64,000 bases of DNA from an uncultured Acidimicrobiaceae bacterium (GCA_963719125.1 CAVRAT010000007.1:63859-127858); one strand, 5' to 3'. Counted from the stretch's first letter, positions 40,584-49,915 are shown. A program made the numbers and translations. Notes: generated from the sequence alone by a model not told the origin.

Positions 40584-40897
40584 ACCCCATCCCGGTTCAG
40601 AAGGCCTGGCAAAGCCGTCGTGCTCTCTCGGCGCCGGGCGAGGCGGCAGAAGGACCTTCCGACAAGTGGCTCGGAGCACCCGGACCAACGACGCACCGAT
40701 ATCGACCGATCTCGACGGAGCAGGCACGCCGAACGACGTCTACAGGCGTGGTTGGCAGACCTGGCGGCGTTATGGGCGTGCTTGCGTGTCTACGGCCGGG
40801 CCTTGAGTCGAACCCGACCTGGGTCTTGGCGCCTGCAGCCCGCGAGGTGGCCCGAAGTTCCCGTTCGACTCCAAACCATCGGCTCTAGCCTGACGGC

Positions 40898-41427
40898 GTG
40901 AAGGGCGAGGCGGCTACTGATGCCGTTCGAGTAGCGGCGCCTGCGGAGTTCGACGTCCTACGCGAGATCGAGAAGACGACGGACGGCCTTTCGCCGAGGT
41001 CGGTATGGGTCCATTTGCCGTCTTGGACGAGGAAGACCGCCTAGCCCAAGCCGCGGTCGTGTTCGTCTCGGGGGAGCCACCGGTTGGGTTCGCTTGTGTC
41101 GAGATCGTCGATGGTCTCGCCCACATCTGGCAGCTCTCGGTACTCCAATCAAAAGGTCGGCAGGGCCTCGGGCGCGCTTTGGTCAAAGTCGTTTGCGACT
41201 GGGCGCCGCTGAATCGTCTACCAGCCGTGACTTTGACTACCTTCCGAGAGGTGCCGTGGAACGCACCGTTCTACGCCCGGCTCGGCTTTCGCGTCGTCGA
41301 AGCTCCGCCGCCAGGTCTACAGGCCATTCGCGATCACGAGCGAGACATGGGTGATGACGCTCTGGGCCCTCGAGTCGCCATGCGTATCGACCTGCGAGAA
41401 GGTGCAGCCCACAAACAGCGGCCCTGA
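40898..41427 (+). pseudogene. GNAT N-acetyltransferase with 1-bp deletion at ~40989-40991
   Basis: GTG 40898 (TAGCCT 6 nt upstream) gives ..VRVAAPAEFDVLREIE..DGL; adding one T restores FAEVGMGPF. Downstream QLSV...GRQGLGRAL and TLTTFREVPWNAPFYARLGF. Confidence 0.8.
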
Positions 41428-41474
41428 TTCTCATCTGCGTGTGCCGGCGCCTATTCGTTTCCCAGCCTCCGACC

Positions 41475-41574
41475 CGCCGGATCGATCTGCGTGCGCCGCG
41501 AACAAGACTTTCGCAGCGGTCCCCTAGCGAGCACGGAGCGACGGGGCGGATTCGCCGACTCCAGAACCCCGAGC
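41475..41574 (+). repeat. Degenerate repeat copy E
   Basis: CGCCGGATCGATC..GTGCGCCGCG...GAGCACGGAG-CGACGG-GGCGGATTC..CCAGA resembles C/D; weaker match. Confidence 0.45.
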
Positions 41575-41614
41575 CAGGCCCCTCGACAAAGCCGGCGAAC
41601 CTTCCGATCAGAAA

Positions 41615-42709
41615 GTGTTCATGTGCTGTTCACCACGAGGTCTGAGCCCGTTCACCAGCGCTGGTTACGCTCCCGACCCACTGCCGCCGCAGGGCGGGGC
41701 AACTCTGGTGCACGACACGCCCAAGGGTAAGGAGACGATCTCCAACCCCGACGACATCACCTCGCTCGACTCCGACATCTTCGTTGGTTTCCAAAACGGC
41801 GTCGGTCCGCAGGACCAGGCGAGCACGAAGGGTAATCGGGACAGCACCATTGTGGAGTTCAATCTCAGTGGCCACGCCGTTGATCAGTGGGACGTCGTCG
41901 GCAAGTGTGACGGTCTGACCGCGGCTGCAGCGACGGGCTTGCTCATCGCCACCGTCAACGAGGACGCCCACTCAAGCGTGTACGTCATCGACCCGAGGAC
42001 CGGCGTGATGCCGGTGCATTACCGCTACAACGAATCTCTTCCGAGCAAGGGTGGCACAGACGCCATCTCGTTCTACCGAGGGATGACCCTCATCAGCGCC
42101 TCTGCTCCTGGCAATACCGGGCTGGCAGCACCTCAATCCACCTACCCGGCCGTCTACCGGGTCGTCTTCAACGCAGGGGCCCGAGTCGCCACCGTTCATG
42201 CGCTCTTCTTCGACGAAGCCACGGCGACGATCGCCAACACGAACAGCGCAAACTACGGCAAGGTCGAGCGGTTGGCCCTCACCGACCCGGACTCGAACGA
42301 GGACGTGCCAGCTTTCGCCACTCGGTTCGCAGGTGACTTCATGCTGACCAGCCAAGGTGACAAAGAGCAAATCTTCGTTCACGACGCTGACGGACCCCAT
42401 CAGACTCTCTCGGTCTTGAAGCTGTCCGACTCGGTGGACGACACCGCCTGGGCCTCCGATAGCTCCGGCGCCATCTACACCGCCGACAACTCCGACGACA
42501 CAATCTACAAGATCACCGGCCCGTTCCGCCGCGGGGCGGTGTTCGTGGCTGACACCCCCTGTGACGCCAACGACGCCCCGAACACATGCCCAGGGCCGGG
42601 GTTCCCCGCCAACTACATCGGCCGACTGAACCCGATGACCGGTACGATCACAAAGGTCAACCTGACCGGACCAGCGCCTGCAGCTCAGGGCATGTACTTC
42701 CGGCCCTAG
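41615..42709 (+). CDS. Hypothetical beta-propeller-like protein, probably lacking its native 5' end
   Basis: Long ORF with coding-like codon use from ~41690 (NPDDIT..FQNGVGP..STIVEF..CDGLT..VNED..LTDPDSN); no signal peptide and a poor start. Confidence 0.6.
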   Translation: MFMCCSPRGLSPFTSAGYAPDPLPPQGGATLVHDTPKGKETISNPDDITSLDSDIFVGFQNGVGPQDQASTKGNRDSTIVEFNLSGHAVDQWDVVGKCDGLTAAAATGLLIATVNEDAHSSVYVIDPRTGVMPVHYRYNESLPSKGGTDAISFYRGMTLISASAPGNTGLAAPQSTYPAVYRVVFNAGARVATVHALFFDEATATIANTNSANYGKVERLALTDPDSNEDVPAFATRFAGDFMLTSQGDKEQIFVHDADGPHQTLSVLKLSDSVDDTAWASDSSGAIYTADNSDDTIYKITGPFRRGAVFVADTPCDANDAPNTCPGPGFPANYIGRLNPMTGTITKVNLTGPAPAAQGMYFRP

Positions 42710-42889
42710 GACCGCAACGGGCGTAGCACGCCCGCACCGAACTGCAACGTACCCCGGCAGGATAGCCACACCTGACGAATAGGCGTGTCGCCTGTCAGGT
42801 CTACTACGACAAGAACCGGCCCCCTTGACGGCCGTCGCGTTCCCCATGGCGATCGGCACCGCCGGTCACCCCTGTGAAGTGCTGCTGCT

Positions 42890-43231
42890 TCAGCTGATGA
42901 TTGTCGCCCGTGCTGCGCGGCTCGCCTGGATCGTCGCAAAGCCAAGCCAGCCAAGCAGCCAAACAGTGGCGATACGGGACAAGACAGTCCGCGCCTTGGG
43001 ACCGGGACTAGATACGGCAAGGGCGATCGCGACGAGGACGGGACCGCACCCCGCGATTGTCATCGCCGAAGCAGCGGCCTGATGCCCGGCGTCCCAGGCT
43101 TCATCGCTGCGCAGGGTCGACGGGATGCGGATGCCCGCAAATATGTTCCTCGGCAGGCGCCCCGTCGCCGCCATACGTCCGAGCACGACTACGATCCCGC
43201 CGCTCAATCCAAAACTGATCGCCTTGGACAC
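42890..43231 (-). CDS. SdpI family immunity-like membrane protein
   Basis: GRLPRNIFAGIRIPSTLRSDEAWDAGH motif with three TM segments. Start uncertain. Confidence 0.85.
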   Translation of the reverse strand: MSKAISFGLSGGIVVVLGRMAATGRLPRNIFAGIRIPSTLRSDEAWDAGHQAAASAMTIAGCGPVLVAIALAVSSPGPKARTVLSRIATVWLLGWLGFATIQASRAARATIIS

Positions 43232-43792
43232 GCGTGCCAGACCACACAGGTCCTGATCGTCCGCATCACCAGAACCGTTGTCCTGGCTCGTGAGTCCACT
43301 TCCCCATTGCACTGCTTCTCGCTCGATCATGGTGACCTCCGTCACCCCGATAATGCCACCCAACAGCCTGAGACGATTCGCGTGAAACCGCCGGGACGGT
43401 TTCTTCGGCCGTTCCGGATGGATGTGGCGGTCGACGACCCGATCGTGACGAGGGCGAGCGTCGCGGTTGAGAGTCAGTCATCCAGGGCGCCGGTACAGTT
43501 GCTGTGGAGCGGACGAAATGCGCATCAACGGGAACAATCACGCCGCGGGCCCCTGCGAGAGGGCTCCGGTTCTTTCGAGTTGCCTCCCTTGACGCGTCAC
43601 TACGCCGCCCGCCGGACCCGTCGGTTCGCGGCGCGTCGTGCCCGTCGCGTCGCCTGCCGGACAGCCCGCGTCGGGGGTGCCGGATGCTCCGGGTGCTTGA
43701 TGTACCTGATGGTCCCCGCTCATTGTGCTGCTGTCACTGTGGGCTTCCGTGCTCCGTTGCAAGCGCGAGGTGCGCCGTTGACCGGCTGCCTG

Positions 43793-44560
43793 CTAGGGCA
43801 TCGGCAGTATGAAAGGCTCTTTCGGGACGCCTGAGAGGGTGAAGTCTATTGCCGGAGCGCTCGCTTGCTCGCTGACGAGCCGGTACTTGCTCCACAGGAA
43901 TGCGACGTAGCCGACACCGCTGAAAGTGGCGAGGCGCCCGTCGCGCTTCAGACACCAGGTGTCCTGCCCACTATTGACCGTGACACAAGTCAAAGGCCCC
44001 AAGTCTGACTGTTCAGTGCGGATTGGCAGGCGGTCGTGGGGGGGCATGTTCTCGGCGGCGTAGTTGATCGAATCGAACGCCGTCTCCGGGAGGAACGGGA
44101 TGGTCGCGATTGTGTATCCGATGCCCCCATAGGCCTCCTCGTAGGGCGCGGGGCCGGTGCATCGCAATGATCCCAATGAGCGAAAGGGCATGCAGTCTTC
44201 CAAGGAGCTCCCGCGCACTACCCATTCCACGATCAGCCCGTCTGAAGTCTGCAGCCGGTACGACCACTCGCCCCGCCCGGGGCTCAGCGACGGAGAGGTT
44301 CCTGCTGGCGCGCGTTGCGCGATAGTCAGCGTTGCTTCGCCGCTCGTCGTGCCCGGCGGCCCGCCGCTCAGCTTGTAGACAGCGGAGAAGGTTCCTTCGG
44401 TTCCCAGTTTCGCGAAAGCAAGGACGGACGCAGGTGTCTCGAGTGTCGGTGCGGGCTGCAGGCGAGCACCGCTCAAAGCGAGCACACCGACGCCAACGCC
44501 GATCACGACCAGCACGCTTGCGATGAACATTGTCACGGGGTAGCGGACCTTTGCCATCAT
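43793..44560 (-). CDS. Secreted or membrane-anchored hypothetical protein with four-Cys domain
   Basis: N-terminal anchor KVRYPVTMFIASVLVVIGVGVGVL; two C-x10-C pairs. Confidence 0.75.
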   Translation of the reverse strand: MMAKVRYPVTMFIASVLVVIGVGVGVLALSGARLQPAPTLETPASVLAFAKLGTEGTFSAVYKLSGGPPGTTSGEATLTIAQRAPAGTSPSLSPGRGEWSYRLQTSDGLIVEWVVRGSSLEDCMPFRSLGSLRCTGPAPYEEAYGGIGYTIATIPFLPETAFDSINYAAENMPPHDRLPIRTEQSDLGPLTCVTVNSGQDTWCLKRDGRLATFSGVGYVAFLWSKYRLVSEQASAPAIDFTLSGVPKEPFILPMP

Positions 44561-44771
44561 GCGGCTCTCAACGGGTGACGGCGCTTCCTGGCGACGATAC
44601 CGCTACCAGCCAGTCCGATGACAACAGGAACCGGTTTGGTCTCAGGTTCGACTGACACGGTGGTAGCGAAGGAGCCCGCCCGCGGAGCAAAGACCTGCGG
44701 TGGCAACGACCATCGCGCGGACGTGCACTCTCACAGCTGTCAAGCTCTCACCGAGCCCCCCTGAGATGGGT

Positions 44772-45596
44772 TCACCTGCCAGGTCGCGACAGCCCAGAGA
44801 GCTGCGTCTGCACGCTCGCCGGCGGCGGCCTCGGCTCGGACCCAACGTCCGCTCGCGAGAAAATGCCCGGCGTACAGACGAGCGCGACAACCATGAGAAC
44901 CGCCATTGCCGCGAACAGCCCCGGCCACCACGCCCCCACATTCGTGATTGCCGACCTGCCCGCGATAAGGCTCGTGTTGACGATGAGCGCCGTCCCGCCG
45001 CAAAGGCTCCATGCCGCAAAGGCACCACAGGCGAGCACCATACCGACCAAACCGCCCAGACAGCTCCAGGACAAGCGATTCCAAGCCCAATGATCACGCC
45101 CAGGATCCGCCGCAAGCAGTCCTCCCGGGACGAGCGCGAGAGCACCAACGAGCATGAGCTGACTGGCACCCAGCGCCACTATTGCGGTGGCCGCCTCGCC
45201 CGAGTTGTTGAAGCCCAGGGGAGCCGTCGCCATCGCGTGACCCGTGACGAGGTGGACCAAAACAATCTCGGCTGCTGCGTCGACGCAGGCGGCAATCACG
45301 ACGAGCAGCCGGCGCTGGCGGACAGGCCACACACGGTGGACGAGCGAACCGAACACAAGAAGAACTCCGACGACACCGAGGGCCATCCAGGCATAGAAGG
45401 CCGAACGAGAAGGAAAGCGGTAGCTGGGGGGGGCGCTGTGGTACCACACCTGGGCCGTCGCCGCTGCCTCGAGCCAAAGGGCCGCGACGATGACGAACAG
45501 AAGCAGCGTGGCCTCACTAGTTCCAGGCGACTGACGGACTCGCCGCATCATCGAGGGCTCAGCAGCGGATGCGGGCGAGTCGGCTGGATCTCCCAT
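44772..45596 (-). CDS. Hypothetical polytopic membrane protein
   Basis: About six hydrophobic segments; GGAGG RBS. The 3' end may be frameshifted. Confidence 0.6.
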   Translation of the reverse strand: MGDPADSPASAAEPSMMRRVRQSPGTSEATLLLFVIVAALWLEAAATAQVWYHSAPPSYRFPSRSAFYAWMALGVVGVLLVFGSLVHRVWPVRQRRLLVVIAACVDAAAEIVLVHLVTGHAMATAPLGFNNSGEAATAIVALGASQLMLVGALALVPGGLLAADPGRDHWAWNRLSWSCLGGLVGMVLACGAFAAWSLCGGTALIVNTSLIAGRSAITNVGAWWPGLFAAMAVLMVVALVCTPGIFSRADVGSEPRPPPASVQTQLSGLSRPGR

Positions 45597-45696
45597 ACGC
45601 CCTCCTATGACCTGACCACCGTGACCATCGTCCCACGAAGCTCACCGGCCGAGGTTTCGCGTACTGGTCGAGTCTGAGAGACCGAGATGGACTCGG

Positions 45697-46272
45697 TCAC
45701 TTGGAAGCCACGGGCCGAAACGACTGCATGAAGACCTCGATTGTCGGAAGACGCGCCCCGTTGCCCCTCGCAACCACGACCCATATCACACGGCCTCGCG
45801 AGACTCGCAACCAGCCATAACACCAGTCGGTTCGCTCGGTGCATTGAAAGGCCTCTAACCCTGTTGTCCCTTCGAGAAAGACACGTCTCAGAGCGGATGG
45901 AACGACCCAATCAGGTGTCGAGGCGACGCCACCCACCGCCCAGCCGTCCTCATGCACGTGCCCGGAAGTGGCCGTGATGCCGAACTCCAACGGGCGCGCG
46001 TAGTCGCCGTCCTTCTCGGAGAACCGTAAAAGCACCAGTCGTTCACTGCCGGCCCCCGAAGGGGCGCGAGCGACCCGGCTGGAAAGGCGGCAGTGAACTG
46101 TGCGCCCGGTGCTCCGAGCACAGGAGAGCCTGGTCGTGCGCAGTTTGCGAGCCGCATTGGTGGAACCGGCAGTGCTCCGTCGCCCGTGACCGCGAGCAGA
46201 CCCACGACGACAGAGATGACCGCGAGCGTGGCGAGAACAAAGACTGCGATGGGATGTCGAAGGTCGCGAATG
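45697..46272 (-). pseudogene. Secreted hypothetical protein, frameshift at ~46022, start codon apparently lost
   Basis: Leader IRDLRHPIAVFVLATLAVISVVVGLLAVTG in the 45888-46448 frame continues into the 45697-46035 frame if one base is added. Confidence 0.6.
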
Positions 46273-46778
46273 GTCCGTACCGGTGTGGGTGTGACCACTT
46301 GGAGGCCGGTGGCGGCTACCGCTGGCCGGTCGGACGTTCGTCGCGGCAGCGACGCAGCGGCGCGGGAACTCCCGGGCCGCTTGTCATGCCAGTACTCCTT
46401 CTCCCCTATGGGAGTGAGTTCGTCGCTCATCGAAAGCTCCGTCGGCACTGCTAACGAGGTCGCCAGAGTGTCTGCGTGTATTGCGCGCCTGCGGCTACAA
46501 ACCTACGCCAACCGGGCACCGCCGGTTCACGGCGCTCCACGTTGGCACTGAGACTCGGCTGGTCGCCTGTCGGTTGCGGCAGGGAGTGTGACAACAGCTG
46601 CGCGGCCGTGACTCCCGTGCGGGCCTCGCCGGCTGGTCGGACTCGTGTCCAGCCGTCGTCTTCTTGGAGATGACTCGTCGTTCCCCCTGTCCTGGACCAG
46701 ATGTGGATTGCGCTGCCTGTGTCCCCATGGGAACTCCTTCTCTTTTCTTGTGACCTTGTCACGAGGAGGTGGCTGAGC

Positions 46779-46888
46779 CCGACCTTGATGAAGTCGCTTC
46801 GCAAAGCGCTAGCCCCAGTGTCTGACGAGCAGCCGGCCCGCGGTCTCCCCGACGCCTCAGTCGTCGCGGAGCTGGAGTGGATTGAGTG
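46779..46888 (+). pseudogene. Remnant of a second vapB/vapC junction
   Basis: About 84% identical to 47326-47436 by manual alignment; abuts tRNA fragment 1. Confidence 0.85.
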
Positions 46889-46889
46889 G

Positions 46890-46930
46890 CCAACGGGATT
46901 CGAACCCGTGTCTCCACCTTGAGAAGGTGG
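46890..46930 (-). other. tRNA-Glu(CTC) fragment 1 (att-like; anticodon arm and T arm, acceptor end missing)
   Basis: Reverse complement CCACC-TTCTCAA-GGTGG-AGAC-ACGGG-TTCGAAT-CCCGT-TGG; no D arm or 5' acceptor strand. Confidence 0.85.
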
Positions 46931-47091
46931 GTGGATCACCGCTTAGCAACGCTGAACTGGGCTTTCGGTGCACTCTCAGGCCATTCTGCGGTCGGTGTGG
47001 GGACCTGCGGCGGAAGGTCGGTTGGCGAAATGTTGGCGGGACAGACCTCAAGCAGCGGCACCGGAGAGACCATTCCCGAAACAAGCTTCCC

Positions 47092-47111
47092 GTAGCACGG
47101 CGTGCTACACT
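47092..47111 (+). promoter_or_regulatory. Toxin-antitoxin operator palindrome overlapping the -10 box
   Basis: GTAGCACG-G-CGTGCTAC perfect inverted repeat; TACACT (47106-11) is 6 nt upstream of GTG 47118. Confidence 0.8.
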
Positions 47112-47117
47112 CGCAGC

Positions 47118-47372
47118 GTGGCAAGAGAAATCTCCCAGCGAGAACTGCGCAACCAGAGCGGTGAGATCATGCGTCGCCTAGACAAAGGTGAGACGTTTGT
47201 CGTGACTCGAAACGGAACCCCAGTCGGAGAGCTCGCGCCCTTGAGGAGGCATCGATTTGTGACTGCGGAGGCGGCGCGCGCCCTGTTCCAGGGTGCACCT
47301 GCCGTCGACGTCGCCAAGCTTCGTGCCGATCTTGATGAAGTCGCTTCGCAGAGCGCTAGCCCCCGTGCCTGA
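47118..47372 (+). CDS. vapB: Phd/YefM family antitoxin
   Basis: ISQRELRNQSGEIMRRL..GETFVVTRNGTPVGEL; overlaps vapC. Confidence 0.9.
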   Translation: MAREISQRELRNQSGEIMRRLDKGETFVVTRNGTPVGELAPLRRHRFVTAEAARALFQGAPAVDVAKLRADLDEVASQSASPRA

Positions 47373-47775
47373 CGCGCGCCCTCCCCGCGGTCTCCTCGAC
47401 ACCTCGGTCGTCGTGGAACTCGAGCAGATTGAAGTGACCTCGCTCCCGATCGAAGTTGCCATCAGCGCCATCACAATGGCCGAACTGGCCGCTGGACCCC
47501 ACGCGACCTCCGACGCCGAGGAGCGAGCGCGGCGGCAAGACCGGCTTCAGCGTGCCGAAGCGGCTTTCCACCCCCTCCCTTTCGATGGTGAGGCGGCCCG
47601 CGCGTACGGGCGGATCTATGCAGCCGTCGTCGCCAAAGGGCGCAAAGCCCGCGGTGCTCGCGCTGTAGACCTCCTGATCGCGGCGACGGCGTGTGCTGCC
47701 GAGTTGCCTCTGTACACACGGAACCCCGACGACTTTCGGGGTCTCGAGAAACTCGTCGGCGTCGTCACCGTGTAG
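47365..47775 (+). CDS. vapC: PIN-domain VapC toxin
   Basis: LLDTSVVV, SAITMAEL, LPFD, DLLIAATA...LPLYTRNPDDF. Confidence 0.93.
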   Translation: MPDARPPRGLLDTSVVVELEQIEVTSLPIEVAISAITMAELAAGPHATSDAEERARRQDRLQRAEAAFHPLPFDGEAARAYGRIYAAVVAKGRKARGARAVDLLIAATACAAELPLYTRNPDDFRGLEKLVGVVTV

Positions 47776-47814
47776 AGCTCGCGGGCGAACGCCCAGCACA
47801 GACCGCTCTCTGGA

Positions 47815-47859
47815 TGGCAGCCCCAACGGGATTCGAACCCGTGTCTCCACCTTGAGAGG
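47815..47859 (-). other. tRNA-Glu(CTC) 3' half, fragment 2 (att site; anticodon loop to CCA)
   Basis: Reverse complement C-CTCTCAA-GGTGG-AGAC-ACGGG-TTCGAAT-CCCGT-TGGGGCT-G-CCA; tRNA similarity stops just 5' of the anticodon loop; 35 bp identical to fragment 1. Confidence 0.9.
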
Positions 47860-48068
47860 AATGTGCAGGGGTATGTCGTGACCTGGGGTACTGCTCTAAA
47901 GCCCAGGTGGATTGCTATTTCGCTCTCCGCCCTTGCCCGGATTTGACCGCGTTTGTCACCGGCGACGCGGACTTTTCGCGGACTTCGAGCAGCCGCCATC
48001 TGTCAGCGGCCCTGCCTCCTAGTCCGTCCCTGGAACCTCGGTCGCTAGGTCGCCGTACCATGCCTTTC

Positions 48069-48884
48069 ATGTGGCCGCACGACTTCGCGCCATGTCAGGA
48101 CCTCAGCGCTGCGGAGTGGATAGGGCCACGCCTTCTTCCGTGGGGCACCGAGATGGGCACGCCCGTCACCAGCGTCGTGCCCACAGGCTTCGACGCTTAC
48201 GTCCGCGTCTTTCACCCCGCGGGTGCCCCGGCTCCCTTTGAGACCGTAACCTGGCGGGAGGTCGCCCATTGGAGTGGGCGCAAGTTCCACCCACTGGCCC
48301 AGTTCGAACGGCTGTCAGTTCCCGCAAGGTCCCTTTGGGGGCCACCGCCTTTCGAGCAGGCTCCCTTCAAGGGAACCCTTACCTCAGAGGTCTGTGAGCT
48401 GCTCGTTCGCCAGCTTGCCGGGCTAACTGGGACCCCATCGGCTTGCTATTTCGCCCTGTGGGAAGGTTGGGGCGTCCTCGGCGGTAGCTGGTCCGTGTTG
48501 AAAGCAGTTCACCATTCTGATGACGGACCTGATGCCATCGAAGCCGAGGTTGCCGAGTTTCAACGACAGGTAGCTCTGCTGCCGCGCTTCGAACATCCCC
48601 ACCGGAGCTACATGCTCGGTCGCGGACCGATTGGGGTCGCTTGTGACCTGTACCGCCAGCCCCTTGGCCCTTACCCCTGGCCGAGGTTAGGACTCACGCC
48701 GCAGTTGTGGTGGCCGGAGGACCGGGCCTGGTTGGTCGCGACCGAGGTTGACCTCGACAGCACCATCGTCGCGACCATGAACGCGGAGGCCGAGGCGCTG
48801 CTCAACTGCGAGGGGTTGGAGGCGCTGTTGGTCCCGAGCGACGGACGGCTCGACCTCGACGGTGACGAAATCAACGCGCCCTAG
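48069..48884 (+). CDS. Hypothetical protein (actinobacterial type)
   Basis: VPTGFDAYVRVFHP, FALWEGWG, PQLWWPEDRAWLVATEVD.DST; TACCAT 7 nt before the ATG. Confidence 0.8.
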   Translation: MWPHDFAPCQDLSAAEWIGPRLLPWGTEMGTPVTSVVPTGFDAYVRVFHPAGAPAPFETVTWREVAHWSGRKFHPLAQFERLSVPARSLWGPPPFEQAPFKGTLTSEVCELLVRQLAGLTGTPSACYFALWEGWGVLGGSWSVLKAVHHSDDGPDAIEAEVAEFQRQVALLPRFEHPHRSYMLGRGPIGVACDLYRQPLGPYPWPRLGLTPQLWWPEDRAWLVATEVDLDSTIVATMNAEAEALLNCEGLEALLVPSDGRLDLDGDEINAP

Positions 48885-49415
48885 ATCTTCTTGGTCCGCG
48901 GAACTCGTGACATTGTGACAAGTTTTCTGGACAGCGAAGCGGCGAGGGTGGAAGATAGTTACGGACGGGCATCTCGTTTCGCCTGGGAATATAGACCCCT
49001 TGTGGCGCCCAGGGTCAGCTCAACGAGTGCGAGTCTGCGATATGTGGCGACGCGCCGTCACTTGTTTATAGGCTCGTCAGAAGATGCGCGCGGTCTATCG
49101 CGGGTTCACTAACTTGGGCAGTCCGCCCGAGGGACGGCTTCGCCGGCCCGACAACCTCAACTTGCACGCGGTCGCGTCAGGAGGAGGCCGGGAGGGGGGC
49201 CTGCCCCCCTCCCGCTAATAATACGGCGCTGACAGGTACGTCGCTAGGAGGTCCAAAGCGATTGTGCCCGCGCTCCCCCGCTCGCCCCGCCGCCCGGCTC
49301 CGGTAGACCCTTGTCGAGTACGAAATTCACCGGCTCCCGAGGCAGCTCGAACCGGGCCGGGCCGACGGCTCGCTTGGACGCGGCAGGTCCAACCGCCATC
49401 GGGCAGGATGTAGGG

Positions 49416-49862
49416 GTGACAAAGCCCTACAAGCTCGGACCTACCCGACGTGCAGTCAACATGCTGATGGCCCCGATGGTTCGTCTCGGCATCGGCGGCA
49501 AGTCGAGCTACCTCCTGACCACCACCGGCCGCAAAACCGGTCAAAAGAGGACGACGCCGGTCACTCTGGTTGAAATCGGGGCCGAACGGTGGCTCGTCTC
49601 GCCGTACGGAAATGTGAGCTGGGTTCACAATGTGCGCGCTTTGCCCGAAGTGTCGCTCCGGCAAGGCAACAGAACCGAAGAAATGCATACCCAAGAGGTC
49701 GGACCCGAAGCGGCGGGACCGGTCCTTCAGAGCTACGTCCGAAAAGTGCCAGTAACTGCTCCGTTCTTCGATGCCAAGCGCGACGACCCGGTGGCGAGGT
49801 TCGTGGAGGAAGCACCCAAGCACCCCGTCTTCAAGCTCATAGCCGGGTCCAACGCACCCTGA
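49416..49862 (+). CDS. Deazaflavin (F420)-dependent nitroreductase family protein
   Basis: LLTTTGRKTGQKRTTPV, LVSPYG..SWVHNVRA, HPVF. Confidence 0.88.
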   Translation: MTKPYKLGPTRRAVNMLMAPMVRLGIGGKSSYLLTTTGRKTGQKRTTPVTLVEIGAERWLVSPYGNVSWVHNVRALPEVSLRQGNRTEEMHTQEVGPEAAGPVLQSYVRKVPVTAPFFDAKRDDPVARFVEEAPKHPVFKLIAGSNAP

Positions 49863-49915
49863 GCCTTCATCTTCCTTCTCAAACGTCATGCTCCAAGCCA
49901 CCAGGTGGACCTCAC

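Noticed and set aside
46495-46728. Small ORF with AAGGAG RBS left of the vapBC remnant
   Set aside because: Translation not recognisable and probably frameshifted; insufficient support.
46890-47859. Functional tRNA-Glu genes
   Set aside because: Neither copy has a D arm or 5' acceptor strand; copy 1 also lacks the CCA end.
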